DNA of 63,204 nucleotides, the filler included, from Collodictyon triciliatum (taxonomy: Eukaryota): the NCBI GenBank assembly GCA_043381765.1. It is 4 parts of 4 records of this genome, joined end to end, with 100 filler letters (N's around TTAATTAATTAA, not from the genome) between each part and the next. Parts side by side here need not be neighbours in the genome. Positions count along the whole stretch, not along the records: positions 34,540 to 51,708 come from JBHJMP010001482.1; positions 51,809 to 63,204 come from JBHJMP010001593.1; 2 more parts are not named here. One strand, written 5' to 3'. Position numbers and translations under genes: made by a program. Position 1 is the first letter of the stretch. The number at the start of each line of letters is the position of its first letter. The notes beneath the pieces were generated by a model that searched no databases, was not told the origin of the DNA, and saw only the letters and a list, made by a program, of their open reading frames with translations. Positions 50,152 through 63,204 of the stretch are shown in pieces.

Positions 50152-51472
50152 ATGATTTCCTTGTCTCGCTTCTTCGCTCACCGATTTCCGCTGCGGGATT
50201 TTGGAAAGGACACAACTCTGCTCTTTGCGCGAGCCACAGGCATCGCCTTATCGCACAGTTTGTTTTATTCGAATCCATCCATGCCTCAANNNNNNNNNNN
50301 NNNNNNNNNNNNNNNNNNNNNNNNNNNNNNNNNNNNNNNNNNNNNNNNNNNNNNNNNNNNNNNNNNNNNNNNNNNNNNNNNNNNNNNNNNNNNNNNNNNN
50401 NNNNNNNNNNNNNNNNNNNNNNNNNNNNNNNNNNNNNNNNNNNNNNNNNNNNNNNNNNNNNNNNNNNNNNNNNNNNNNNNNNNNNNNNNNNNNNNNNNNN
50501 NNNNNNNNNNNNNNNNNNNNNNNNNNNNNNNNNNNNNNNNNNNNNNNNNNNNNNNNNNNNNNNNNNNNNNNNNNNNNNNNNNNNNNNNNNNNNNNNNNNN
50601 NNNNNNNNNNNNNNNNNNNNNNNNNNNNNNNNNNNNNNNNNNNNNNNNNNNNNNNNNNNNNNNNNNNNNNNNNNNNNNNNNNNNNNNNNNNNNNNNNNNN
50701 NNNNNNNNNNNNNNNNNNNNNNNAGTCCGCAAAGGCAACAAAACAGTCATGATTGGGGATGGCCAGGTGACTCTGGGAGAAACTGTTGTGAAGACAAATG
50801 CAAAGAAAGGTTTTTCACCCGGCATTTCCTCTTCTACTCCTTTCTTTTTCTTTTAAGTGGCTCGATGTTGCAATTCGTTAAACTAATCACAATTTAGTTC
50901 GTCGATTGGCACCGACAATCATCGCAGGATTCGCAGGTATATGTCTGATTGTTTGGATGAAGCGAGTCATTAATTACAAATATTTTCTTTTGAACTTGTC
51001 ACTTTACACTCTTTTTTCTCTCTCTTCGTTTTCCCATTATTTCGTGGCATTAGGAAGCGCGGCGGATGGAATGGCTTTGATTGAAAAATTGGAGGAGCGA
51101 CTAACGGAATATCCAGGTATGCACACGCGATTATCGCTCGATATACATACATATATATCGTTTTGCAAAATGCAAACCAACGAAAAAACGTGAAGAAGGA
51201 GCAAAATGAGAGATGGATTTCTGTCGTTTTTTTGCTCAGATACAAAGTCATCATCCTGCAAGAGCCTCTTTTTCTTGACCAATAATGTTGTAACACCACT
51301 CTGGAATAAACTGAAGGCCAACTTGTGCGCGCTTCTGTGGAGTTGGCGAAGCTGTGGAGAACAGACAAAATGCTTCGTCCTTTGCAGGCGATGATGATTG
51401 TGGCAGATGAGAAGCACTCCCTGTCGCTTTCGGGAAACGGTGATGTCTTGGAGCACTCAGACGGCATTGTTG
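50152..51472 (+). CDS. hslV: HslV (ClpQ) ATP-dependent protease subunit, probably mitochondrial; internal gap, 3'-truncated
   Basis: [108 protein letters not shown]. The Arg/Phe/Ser-rich [17 protein letters not shown] before the N-gap resembles a targeting peptide. Catalytic Thr1 would fall in the gap. Confidence 0.92.
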
Positions 51473-51515
51473 GTTTGTCTTTTTTTTTTAGAATAAAAAT
51501 GAAAAAGAGAAAAAG

Positions 51516-51596
<81 letters not shown>

Positions 51597-51708
51597 AAAT
51601 AAAAAGAAAAAAAAAAGAAGATAAAAAGAAGATAAAAAGAAGATAAAAAGAAGATAAAAAGAAGATAAAAAGAAGATAAAAAGAAGATAAAAAGAAGATA
51701 AAAAGAAG

Positions 51709-51808
51709 NNNNNNNNNNNNNNNNNNNNNNNNNNNNNNNNNNNNNNNNNNNNTTAATTAATTAANNNNNNNNNNNNNNNNNNNNNNNNNNNNNNNNNNNN
51801 NNNNNNNN
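51709..51808. other. Artificial scaffold spacer (44N-TTAATTAATTAA-44N)
   Basis: Linker at 51753-51764. Confidence 0.97.
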
Positions 51809-51949
51809 AATTTAAAAATAAAAAAAATTGGGGAAAAAAAAATCAAAAAAAAAAAAAAAAAAAAAGGAAGGATGTTTTTCCTATTACCGAGTTCTGCTGC
51901 AAAATTACATATCGAATCTATTAGTGAGATCTTTGTCGGAAAGAGTACC

Positions 51950-52994
51950 TATCAGATATCCTGGAGTTTCATGTTTGTTCTGAATCTTAATACCATCGTC
52001 TACTTTGAAGACCTATTCAACAAATGAAAGATTTTGCTTCGTCTTAGAAAAAAAAGGAAAGGAAGAGGGATAGGGAAAATAAAGGACCATGATCGTTCTT
52101 TCAGGATTTAAATTAACACTAAAAGATACTACGCGATGTAACCGAGAGATACTAGAAGCCCGATAGTATGAAAGTATACCTTTGATGATTGGTTGACGAT
52201 GAGAGAATGGACTGCACCAGATTCAGCATCAGATGGAGCGGGCCATTCGGCAAGTGATAAGAATCGGAGTTTCATGTTCTTTAGCGTCACATGACGCGCC
52301 TCTCCGTTTACAAAGTAATCTGCATTGACTGTGCCGAAAGAAATTAACACAACAGAATAAATTGAAGGGGGAAAATGTTCATTCCTTGGGATGACAGAAT
52401 GAAGAAAACAAAGTTAGTTTGGGCATGGTGGATAATCGCATGACAAATTACAAGGGCCTTCGGAGTGTCCGTGTGCGCGAAGAATATCAGCAAAGTCGAG
52501 ATCGTTCTTTCTACAAACAAGTTCGGCGTCTTCGGAGGTGATTACAAGCACCGTGGGAATCAAATTGTCTTGAAACCACTGAGAGCCATATCGAGAACAA
52601 GTGAGTTTACTTGAAATAAATCCTTATTACTCTTGACGCAAAGTGGGCAATAAGAACACGCAAACACAGCCAAGCAGGCGAAACACAAGGCCATGAATCT
52701 GTGTTTATAGAAGCGAAACCTGTCTCAGATTCCCTGGAGATCGAATCATTTCCTCGCGACCTTTTATAAAAAAAAAAAATATTAACTACAAAAAAAAAAG
52801 ATAAAGAAAGACAGAGTATATTGGAGCGAGTGACCAGAATGACGGAGCCGGGGAAGGTGCACTCTCCAAAAGGGCAGAACGAGTCAACGTTTGTGGCAAT
52901 GCCAAAGGGAAGCAGCAAATATCATCGACAAACTCCACAGTTTACGAACACTTTGTCGATTAGTGTTGGCACTGAGTATGTCAAGCAACAGCAT
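51950..52994 (-). CDS. TRAPPC8: TRAPP III subunit TRAPPC8/Trs85-like N-terminal fragment (truncated by scaffold end; first exon uncertain)
   Basis: Exon 52452-52568 NLIPTVLVITSEDAELVCRKNDLDFADILRAHG and the next exon ...HVTLKNMKLRFLSLAEWPAP resemble the Trs85 N-terminus as I recall it (PxVxVLxSxxAExxxxxNxLxFxExLxPF). Confidence 0.65.
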
Positions 52995-53669
52995 CACCTT
53001 CTCGGCTCAGCGGGTTGTGCGACGAGGAAAAAATGGCGATCGCAAAGTGATGATCAAATATCAAAGATCAGAGATCAAAGATCAAAGATCGGTACCATTC
53101 AGTGAAAAGACATAAATGAGGATGATTTCATTCGGGCTTGAACAGCCAAAGCCTTGACATCAGCGTTTGCTCATTGTCCACTACGCTATGCAGGAGGGAA
53201 TTCTTCACGCCATAATTTTCCCTTATGTGGAGCCACACGGCCGCCAGCAGAATCGAACCTCGTGTCTGCACTTGCAATTGTTTGGGCAATGTCTATCCAA
53301 ACGCTTTGCACGTTCCCTCGACCCGCGCACCGAGCCGCAGCAACAGCACGGCAAAGGGGGATCCTCTCGCGTGCGAATAAGAACATATCGAAGGCCGAAT
53401 CAGACGAGAGGATTGTTTATTGAACCAAATGTACAGAAAGACAAACCAGTTGTTTCAGAAGAGATACGAGTGTATGCAGAAGGGCGCCGCGCACAACAGG
53501 GCGAGCAAGTCAATAAATAGGAAGTGTTGCGGCGATCGAGCCCAGCGCAGTGGACAGAAGAAAAGTACAGAAGCTTCACGCATGCATAAGGTTTTCGTTC
53601 TAGGCAGCGCACAGCAGAAGGGAATGAAGAGGGAAAAAAATTAAGGGAAATCGAAAAGGTGTGTGTGGA

Positions 53670-54194
53670 TCATTCGAACATGGCACGGACGTGGGCAGCG
53701 ACAGTGTTCACATGGTGCGCGGCAACACAGCAGTTGAAGTCCAGGGCCGCCAGCATATCAATCTCCATGGCATTGAGAGACACAAGCGGGATTCCGGCCA
53801 GCGAAGCGAAAGTGGCCGAGTTGTATGTAATGTCCTCAACAAACTTGGAGGCGAGCATGACGGCCACCAGAAAAAGCGGGCGCACATTGGCCGCGGTCAG
53901 GACGCACTGGCGCGCCTGCAGAAAGCGATGCACAAAGACGAGTCCTGCGTAAACGCAGTGTTCCGAAGCGATTCCGTAGCGCCGCAGACGATGCAGCATC
54001 TCTCGCAGCGACTGAGCCACCTCTGCTCTCTCGAACAGCCTCGAGCCTGTCTGCTGCCCGCTCGGCGATCCTTGGACAGACTGCGTCTCGAGGAACAAGG
54101 CCACCTGCTCGTCTCGGTCCGCAACGCGCGTTCTCTTGGGTGTGTCGTCCGGTCCGCACTGGCTGCCGGCTTGGATGGTTGTGGTGCTGGTCAT
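53670..54194 (-). CDS. Pho80/cyclin-P(U)-like cyclin, intronless, GC-rich
   Basis: First ATG at 54194. Cyclin box CVYAGLVFVHRF...LTAANVRPLFLVAVMLASKFVEDITYNSATFASLAGIPLVSLNAMEIDMLAALDFN. Confidence 0.88.
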   Translation of the reverse strand: MTSTTTIQAGSQCGPDDTPKRTRVADRDEQVALFLETQSVQGSPSGQQTGSRLFERAEVAQSLREMLHRLRRYGIASEHCVYAGLVFVHRFLQARQCVLTAANVRPLFLVAVMLASKFVEDITYNSATFASLAGIPLVSLNAMEIDMLAALDFNCCVAAHHVNTVAAHVRAMFE

Positions 54195-55456
54195 GTCTTT
54201 TTGTACTGTCCAGGCGGCGACTTGTCTCCTTGGCGTTTCTTGGCTTGTATATTGTCTGTGTTTAGCGAGACGACAAACTGGAAAAGTCCGTGACGAAGGT
54301 GCAGCAAAGCATGAATTTGGTTCGTCCACCAGAATTATATATGCGTTGCGAAGGCAGCCTTTTCCTTTTGCATGCCCTATATGCCTTATGCGGCCGGCTC
54401 GGAAAATGTATGGAAATATCTACGAATTAGGCAAAGTGGGCGATATCCAAATGTGGTGCATAATTTGGTTCTGGGAAATTTCCAAGTAAGGGCGGGCGGG
54501 TTTGAACGGGGCACGTTCTGTGTGATGCGGGCTGTGTTCTGTGGGTAATTACCTGGTATGGTATTTATGTTTCGCCAAACACGGTGTTCATTCCATACAT
54601 GACGTTGTGCCCAGCCGCATGGACATTGTTGAACAATATACTATGCATTATAATATATGCTATAAGAAAATAAAATATATTTCATAACTAAGAATAATTA
54701 GTATTTATATAATTAAATTCCATAAATAGATATACTTTCTTCAGGCTGCTCTTAATCATTGTTACCGACAAACGCGGTTGCTTTGGTAGCAGTCTATTTC
54801 ATCAGCCTTTTTCTGGGCCATAATCATCTACTGAATTGCTACAAATCAAACCCTTTCGGACAAGAAGAGAACAGCCTTCGATTTATCGATGGAGGGTGTT
54901 TGCTGTACTTTTTCTCACAACTGAAATATTTCAGTGTTCTGGGCATTTCATCGCTGAACTCGCACATCACGAAAGACTCACATTATCTTTTGCGTGTCTG
55001 GGTGTGCATGTTGTACACTTTTTAGATCACTTTGACACGAATAATTCATCCAAAACGATAAGGTTATCATTAATAACTCATGATTTTTTTGTGGCTATGT
55101 GTAAGTTTTTGTCTTCTATCCTTATTCGCCCTATCCACCCGTCGCCAATTTTAACTTTATTGTTATTAATTCAAGGACACACTTTCGGTTGACATAAGGA
55201 GTTTTTTTTTTCTGCCCTTACCTCAATGCCTTCCTGTCTCCATAACGACCTTTCCAAACATCCTTTTTAAACTCGGTAGAATCTTACTCTTTACTCCTCC
55301 GTGCCTCTGCATATCGACTGCGGCATTCTATGCAGTGCGTCCTTTTCTTACACAAAGAGAAATCCTGTGATGAAGGCTTCGACGGTGTGGATACAGTCAC
55401 AGAAGTTCTTGTGATATTCTTAGGCATGCTGTTTAGGAAGTATGCTTTCTAGTAAA

Positions 55457-58400
55457 TTAGCGTGTCCGTAGGGAGGGATTTCTTAAATGGCGGCCCAAAT
55501 TATCGTGAGGATATGAAGAGGCATTTCGCCTGCCATTTGGATTAGATAGTAGAATATATCGATGTTGTTATTCTCCTTCAAATCATTTTTTTAATAAAGT
55601 CATATATTCTAATACACGTTATGCATCTATTTTTTTTTAAACCCAACAATTGTTGAAACTGAGCCGATTTTTCAATCACCTCCCACTTTGTGATGCCTTA
55701 AACTCACCTATCTACTATGTGGATTCTCAGAGGGTTCGATTCGATGGATGCTCATAGCTACCGACAAATAATTGAGCTTCAAGGCGTTCAAATCTAGACT
55801 TTAGGGTCTCTTTCTCTTTCTCTCTTTCTTCTTCTTTTTTTTTTTTTTGACATTATTCGAACTTTCTTTTGTAAGATTTAAGAAATGATGGGGAAAAAGC
55901 ATGTAGACGCAACTAGAATAAAAGCTGTTTGGTTAGAAATAGACAGCAGTTCCTAGGCTATTTATTCTTTACTTATATATGGTCTCATTTGCTGCAAACG
56001 CAACCAAACTGAATTACAAAAAAGAAACGGAAAAGAAATGAGATTGGGAGATTACGAAGTCCAGTCCGTATTCGGTCGCACCTTTTCCCTTGGTTCTTTT
56101 TTTTTTTTTTTGGAAAATAAATACTACTTTACCAACGGGCGCTATTGAGGCTTTGGCGAGGTAGAACTATCTGTGAACGTGAACTGTAAAGCATCATTTG
56201 TGACGGGTAGTGCGAGGAAAAAGGGGTATGAGGATTCCGCCCGCCAATATTAAGCCCCTACAGAATATGGGAACAGAACAGAGTTAGAAAGGGTACCGAC
56301 CAGCAGGTTCAAAAGACCAGAGACAGACAAAAAGAAAAAAGAAAAAAGAAAAAAGAAAAAAGAAAAAAGAAAAAAGAAAAAAGAAAAAAGAAAAAAGAAA
56401 AAAGAAAAAAGAAAAAAGAAAAAAGAAAAAAAAGAAAAAAAGAAAAAAGAAAAAATCGTAAATTTGCGTAAAAAGGGTATATGTTTCATAAACTTACAGG
56501 AAATCCGCTTTTAACAGGGGATGCATGGGATGATGAATTTCCTGATGCTCTCTTGTCTTCATCATATGACAAAACCCTGGGGACACTAAATCTGTTCAGC
56601 GAGACCGCAACGCTCGTTGTAGGGGTATCATTCTTCCCATGAAGCACACAGTCACGCTCGGAGGGTTTCAGTTTGACAGGACTAATAAATGTGGGCGAAA
56701 CGAAGACCGATTTTGTGCGGCTGAGAAGTCCAGAGGATTTTTTTTGGGGAGAGTCCTGATTTTTTCTGGAGCATGGGTCTTTGGAAGACATATCAACACT
56801 TGGGATAGATGATACGTTTATTTCCTCGCTTGATGTGGTGCGGGCTATAGGATTTGAGCCGGCGATGGTTTGATAATCCAAACTCTGATTGTCATGATTT
56901 TCTTGAACATCGATTGAATTGCTGACCGTTTTTGGTACGACTGAATGTTCTTTGGTCATGGATATCATCACGTCTAAGTTGTTCCTATTTTCATGCAATT
57001 CTTTATCAGCTTCATCAGATGACGGTAACTCATGGTGGGTATATGATATCCATTTAGCAATAGAACTCAAGGCAGTCTCTATCCATAGATGTTCGTCCTC
57101 TGGATATGACGCTATTTCTGATTGGGAAAGTGATTTAATGGAAATCAAATGATTGGCTATGTGTTTCGTAATCCTTTTAATCCTCTCTATACTACCATCA
57201 ACTTGAAGTCTTTTGTATTCAGCACGTGAGATTATTGAATCTTGCTGAACTTGTAATTCTTTCACCAGCCTTTCAATTTGTTCCTTGGCCGATTTGTTCT
57301 CGCTGGATAGCTCATTTATTTTGGTGTCCAATTCCATTGTGCGTTTTTTGCATCCCGCTAATTCCTGGACAAGGTCAGGGTGGGTTGGGCTCTGTGAGTT
57401 TAGTTCAGGTTTTTTGAGAGCCTCAATATCTGTTTGGACGCTTTGTGTGACTCCTGATGATGTTGATAGAGATGCCGTAGAAGGAGTACACTTTTCTCGG
57501 TTTTCTTCCAGCTTCAGTGCAATCCATTTTCTATTATAGTAACAGTAAAGCTTGAAGGCCAACAGATTCCCCCGGGAAAGACTTGAAAGTGTTGCATAGA
57601 CTTCTGAGGGACAAAGTGGAACGTTTTCTGTCGCCTTTTCCTCTGAACCACCGACGTTGTAGGTCTCAAATGGTACCGAAATGATTTCGGCTCGTATCTT
57701 CTCACTAAGCTCCCTATAACACACACATGAATTATAGAACTATGAATGAGACATGAGAAGATATTATTTTCAAAAGAAAAGAAAAATGTATTACTGAGGA
57801 AGGCCATCCATAAGTTTTCCAATAAGATGTATGATGGCGTTATGGAAGCTTTTCATGTCATTTTCAACATTGTGACATATTTTTGATAATGCCACAATCT
57901 GCAGTATAAAAAGTAATATATAAATAAAAGAAAACACACCACCTGGCACAAAATTGAAAGGAAGAATAAAGAGTAAAAGAAAATAATTGGATGTCATTTA
58001 ATCAATTCTCCAATCACTTTTGTTTTGTATAGTAGGAAAATCTCAAACCTGCTTCTCCAGTTCGGATTGCTCTGTATGGCATACTCGCTTTAAATTTATT
58101 ATTATTGTTTAGAAAAAAATTCGTCAAACGAGGACATATTCCAGAAATCTAGATCGAATATTAGAATATAAAAATGGAAGATGTGTTGGTTTCAATAGAC
58201 ACTTAGGAAAATGGCTACTTCGAGGTCATTTACTGGAGTATGGTCAGAAGATATCACATCCAGGTCATTAGCATATGATGACGTTTGAATAGAGCCTTTA
58301 TCACAAACATTAGTATACATTAGCTACTTGAAAAAATATATTTGATAAGTGAATGAATTTTGTGCTTCAGACCTTTACTAGCAATATCAAGTAGGGAGAT

Positions 58401-59072
58401 TAGTCTCTCATTCTGATGTATGCTAAGCTCGGCATAGTATTTATCAACCATTTGCTTCCAATTTTCTTCTTGAATATTACGGTTGGCTTTCATATTCAAC
58501 GCATTTGCTGCGGCATAGGAAAGCCCAGAGTCTATTAGCTTTAGTGCAGTGCAAATTCTCTCCACTAATACATGCGAAACACTACCGTTGACCTTTTCAG
58601 CGTTCCTTTTTTTTTTTTACATAAAAAAAAACGACAACTATTGTTAAATATGAAACAAAGAAAAATCAGAAATAATAGGCTCTAAATCGATTCATTATTG
58701 AGATGAACATACTCATAAGAACCAATCGTAAACTCGCGAATGGAAACACTTAGTGTCTGAATAATCAAGCAGACAGACTGCAAAGTGCGATTACATTTGA
58801 TATCTTCTAGGCTGGATATCTGTGATTGTAATAGATAAAATGCGTCAAATGAAAGAATTGTAGATGTACTCTAAAGAAATCAGGCCTGAGCTAATTATTG
58901 ATTCAATCAATACATATATTAATTTACTAGTTTTTCGCGAGACTCTTTGAGATATACAATTTCGATGTCTTTTTCCTCAATCAATCTCAATAGCTTTTCA
59001 TCGACTTCAGTTTCCGCCTGTGCATAATTAAAACCTAATTAAAATAAGGATAAAGTAAAAGGAAAGGTGAGG

Positions 59073-59124
<52 letters not shown>

Positions 59125-61320
59125 TTTTTTTTTTTTTTTTTTTTTTTTTGCAGTGCCGTGAGATGAAAAGTGTGTTTGTATGTCTTAGACAGGATAGCCT
59201 CGTGAGCCAAAATGTGGGATTGATTGAGGTTTGAAATACGTGAATAGCGGAGCTCAATGATTCGGTTTCATCGAAAAGCCTATCAATTGTTTTTTTTTTT
59301 TTGGATAATCAGATTAAAGAACAAAATTAAAAGAGATACTACGGCGGGAATGTCAATTTTTTTTCTTTATACTTATATTTAATCTTTCTCCGGCATTATT
59401 CTTTGAATGATATACAAACCTGTACCCACTAGCTTCTAGTTTTTCGTCCAGAATGGATGATTTAGGTTGAGCATGAGCTTTGATTATCTTTTTATGAATT
59501 AAGTAATTATCAATAAAGTCCTAATCAAGAAAAACATTCAATTGTGATGAGAAATTATCGTAACCTTCAATATATATATATTTTTGGATTTTGGTGATAT
59601 CTTTTGAAAGCTATCAGATAAAACACATGACTGTCTCACCTGCTCAGTAAGGTCTAATTTTTCTTCCAATAAATGTTGTATTTCTTCTTCTCCATTCCTA
59701 ATCGATAGCTCTGCTTCTATGAGTCTCTGTGCTGACTACAAAAGTCATGTCAAGTCGTTAATTCCCTCACATCCAGGAGGAAACGTAGGACACTCAAAAG
59801 AAAACCATGACGTCTCCAGAAAAAACATCAAAACCATCAAAAACAAAACAAAACAAAAAGACAAATGAAATATACATCTTCGAGTTCAGCTTTGAGTGAA
59901 TCAGCTGTTGCTTGCAATTCATGTATTTTCCTTTCCATTTGCTTCTTCTCTGCAGAAAATATATCCGATTGCCTCTGAATTTGACTACTCGCCTGTTCTG
60001 ATATTGTACATGAAAAAAAAAACCAGAAAATGATCAAACTAATTACTTATCAACATATCATTCCCACCTGATGGATTATCATTATTGTTTTTTTTTTTTT
60101 TTAAAAAAAAAATTACCAAAGTCTTTCTTCGAGTCTGCTGCGTTTCTAGATGAAAAATACTTCACACTGGAAACTGTCTCCAAAAGATCGCTCTTTTGTT
60201 GCTCCAGATCTGATATCTGTAGTTTACAAAGAAACGAACGATGGGAGAAAATTGGAAAAAAAAATAGATTTGCTCAAAAGTCACCATATAATAATAAATA
60301 AATGTGAATCATAAGACTGGATTTGATCGTCAACTTTAAGTGTTTCAGGGATGGGAGGAGATAAAAAAGTAAAGGAATTTTAATGGGCACGGACACAAGA
60401 CGAGTAAAATACCTGCCAGATAAGTTCATTATTCGTTTTTTCTAGGGAGATAATATATTTCTTTTGCTTATCAATGATTCTTTCCATATCATGTTTATCT
60501 TGAATGGATTGCTCAATATCTCCTTCTAAAATTGTGATGCGGTCGCGCAGTTGATTGATTTTCTTGTAGTTGTAAATAAAAAAAATGGTGTTATAAATTG
60601 TGGAAGCACATATCAGATAAGCACATTTGCTCATAAAATACCTGCTCTAATTCTGTGCGATGTGCATCTCCATTTTCAGAATCTGAATAAATTAGATTAT
60701 GATAAATTTGTCAAGATAGATAAAATAATAATACTTAAAAAAATAGGAGAAAATATTGGAAACCATGTCTAAAAGAAGTCAACATTTCGACCAGAAAGTC
60801 TCCCAGTTCGATCAATCCATCATTGTCTACGAGGTGAGAGGTAAATTGAGAAACCAAAACCAAGCATGAAATACAAAAAACAAAAACAACAAAGTAAGAA
60901 TTAAAAAAGAAAAGAAGCTCTTGACTATATGGTGTAAGATTAAAGGTGTCATTCAACATATTCATACAAAATCTAATGGTATTGGATACCATATACAGGT
61001 TACCTTTGTCGAGGCGCTTCATCAAAAGAGCAATTTGACTTTCAGAGAAATTGCAGTTCAGCATATTGGTGATCTGGTTGATTTTTGGAAGTGAGGAAGG
61101 TTCATTTCGCCTTCAGAGGAGCGTCATTGTTGACAAAAAAAAACAACAGACACGTTCTTGCACAGCATATCTATGAAAAAAGGCACGTCTTGTTTCTCGC
61201 AAACTCAGTGCCCACCTGATCAAACCCGTGCTGGTCTATTTTACCGGAGCCCGTGTTGTCCACCGAGGAAAAGGCCTCGATCAGACGCGTTAGTGTCGCC
61301 ACAGAACACAACAAGTCCAT
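55457..61320 (-). CDS. EF-hand pair + long coiled-coil protein with Ser-rich C-terminus
   Basis: MDLLCSVATLTRLIEAFSSVDNTGSGKIDQHGFDQ|...LMKRLDK|DNDGLIELGDFL (two EF loops). Heptad-rich exons (QLRDRITILEGDIEQSIQDKHDME; KKQMERKIHELQATADSLKAELE) and large exon ORF 56486-57724. 3' end uncertain (~55986 or ~55457). Confidence 0.72.
56329..56454. repeat. Intronic (AAAAAAG)n repeat
   Basis: Directly visible. Confidence 0.93.
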
Positions 61321-62425
61321 TACCAGGGATTCCTTGTGAGACAAACTCACCAATTGATTCGTTGCGATGCTGGCAGAGAAGTAGCCTCGAAGAAATGAGG
61401 GCACAAAGAAATGCTTTACCTGCTGGAGTAAAGTATCCGTTCCAAAAAAAAAGGTGTAGTTCAAAAATATGTTTGTACGGTCGCACTGAGGTCCTTTTCA
61501 TATCCCAATTAAAGAAAAAAGAAAAAAAAAGAAAAGAGAAAAGTGAAAAGTGAAAAAAAGAAAAAAGAAAAAAGAAAAAAGAAAAAAAGAAAAAAAGAAA
61601 AAAAGAAAAAAAAGAAAAAAAGAAAAAAGAAAAAAGAAAAAAGAAAAAAAGAAAAAAAGAAAAAAAAGAAAATGACGGGGAGTTGCTGTATGATTGAGCA
61701 TTCTAAACGAGCACTGGGTGAATGTTGTGATTCAGCCTAGTGGGACTGGACAGAAAGCAAGGCAACTGGCAGACGCGAAGATCACGCAGCGATCACCCAC
61801 AACGACTTTTCTCGTGGCGCAGTTGCCTTTCCGGTTCTATTTCTGCAACTTTTTTTGAATCATGGTTAGAACATATTGGGAATCCGAAAAGGGAAATCAA
61901 ATTAAACAATGACAGAATTATTCTTTTCTTGGACTCACAGCCACGTTGTTTTGGATAGTGGAAGGCAGACTCGCGGTGCTTGAAAAACAGATAAAACAGA
62001 TAAAACAGATAAAACAGATAAAACAGATAAAACAGATANNNNNNNNNNNNNNNNNNNNNNNNNNNNNNNNNNNNNNNNNNNNNNNNNNNNNNNNNNNNNN
62101 NNNNNNNNNNNNNNNNNNNNNNNNNNNNNNNNNNNNNNNNNNNNNNNNNNNNNTGTTGCTGGTGCGGTATAATAAGCATTTGATTAAATCTTTTATACTG
62201 TTAAGTATCTTACTTTTTTTCAAGTATTCTTGAATTTTCTTAAGTTAGATAATAATGTATTTTTGTTAGCCTTTGGTGTTCTTAAATAAAATAAATAAAA
62301 TAAAAAACAATGACGCACAACATCTTGATTTCACGACAGGAGAAAAAATATTCGAGGTAATGCGAGGCTATTCTGAACTATTTGAACCTTCAGTCGAATT
62401 TTTTTTATTATGAAAAAAGAGAATT

Positions 62426-63004
62426 TTATTCGATGGCCGATTCGAAGACACTTGAAACAAGGCCTATGTAATCTATCACTCTTCCTTAGAGAATATTGAA
62501 CTAAATGGAAAATAAATAAAAATAATTGAGAATGCTTGAAATGATGAAATGAAACCGAGAAAGCCGGGGTCGGCAAGCACTCTCTGTATTTTATATCTCA
62601 GCTGCGCAGACTCTTGTCTCCCCAGCTTTCTTTCTTTAGCATTCAGACGAGCATCCTGTATAAATTCTGCTATTCAGCGAACATGACAGATTTATTACAC
62701 CTTCCACAAACTTAATATCAGAATGCTTGCTAAAGAGCTGGTTTTTTTATAAATATATCGATAGTGTCAAGTGATATCATTATATTCTATATAAACCTCA
62801 AGGTCGGGGGGACCGCATGTTTGGACAGCAACAGATTGAAATGTTTGTTTGTTTTGAGACAGTGAGTTTGTCGCAGGCTTCTTAGGGTGTGGTGGGAGAT
62901 TTCTCCTTGGTTTTGGATTGGTGCTTTTGGTTGTTTTTTTGCAATCTGACAAAGCTGTCAAAGTGAACGATTCCCTTGTGGTGTTGGCTTTGTCGTCAGG
63001 TGGC
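62426..63004 (-). CDS. 3' fragment of a gene: disordered linker plus C-terminal helical motif resembling REC114/PHS1
   Basis: Exons ~62797-63004 (T/P/K/S-rich), 62556-62655 (…LRYKIQRVLADPGFL) and 62426-62463 (GLVSSVFESAIE*) splice in frame with GT-AG ends. Confidence 0.45.
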
Positions 63005-63204
63005 TGTGATGTATTTTTTTAATCAGATTGCACCGAGTATAGAGAGGGTTTCATAGTGAAAAGGCCGACTTTCTTCTCTTTTTTATTTTTTTAAAAAACT
63101 ATAAAAAAAAACAAAAAACAAAAAACAAAAAACAAGAAACAAGAAACAAGAAACAAGAAACAAGAAACAAGAAACAAGAAACAAGAAACAAGAAACAAGA
63201 AACA

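Noticed and set aside
53661-54293. 210-aa plus-strand ORF (also 35374-35895)
   Set aside because: Antisense shadows of GC-rich minus-strand coding exons.
54530-55450. Possible small plus-strand gene (ORFs 54759-55025 and 54836-55192)
   Set aside because: Could not build a consistent spliced model or recognise a domain.

Overview
Eukaryotic, AT-rich, very intron-dense DNA (short GT-AG introns, abundant microsatellites, standard genetic code) from a protist; amoebozoan-like gene content is my inference. The window is not one locus: three artificial 100-bp spacers (44 N + TTAATTAATTAA + 44 N) join four unlinked scaffolds, and the two complete ones are 17,171 and 17,169 bp. Genes spliced by hand: a Kelch + ankyrin protein, a long-chain acyl-CoA synthetase, a two-HMG-box protein, a RasGAP followed by a degenerate second GAP domain, a K+ channel, an Alr1/CorA Mg2+ transporter, a large orphan helical protein, an LRR protein, a Mu-class GST, mitochondrial HslV, a TRAPPC8/Trs85 N-terminus, a Pho80-like cyclin, an EF-hand coiled-coil protein and a possible REC114-like C-terminus. 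The standout is the minus-strand gene at 21716-30290. It appears to encode four complete Kv-type 6TM units, each with a K+ filter (TVGFG, TVGYG, TIGYG, TVGYG), in one ~1,400-aa chain: Nav/Cav-like 4x6TM architecture without cyclic-nucleotide-binding domains, with the same intron positions in all four repeats.
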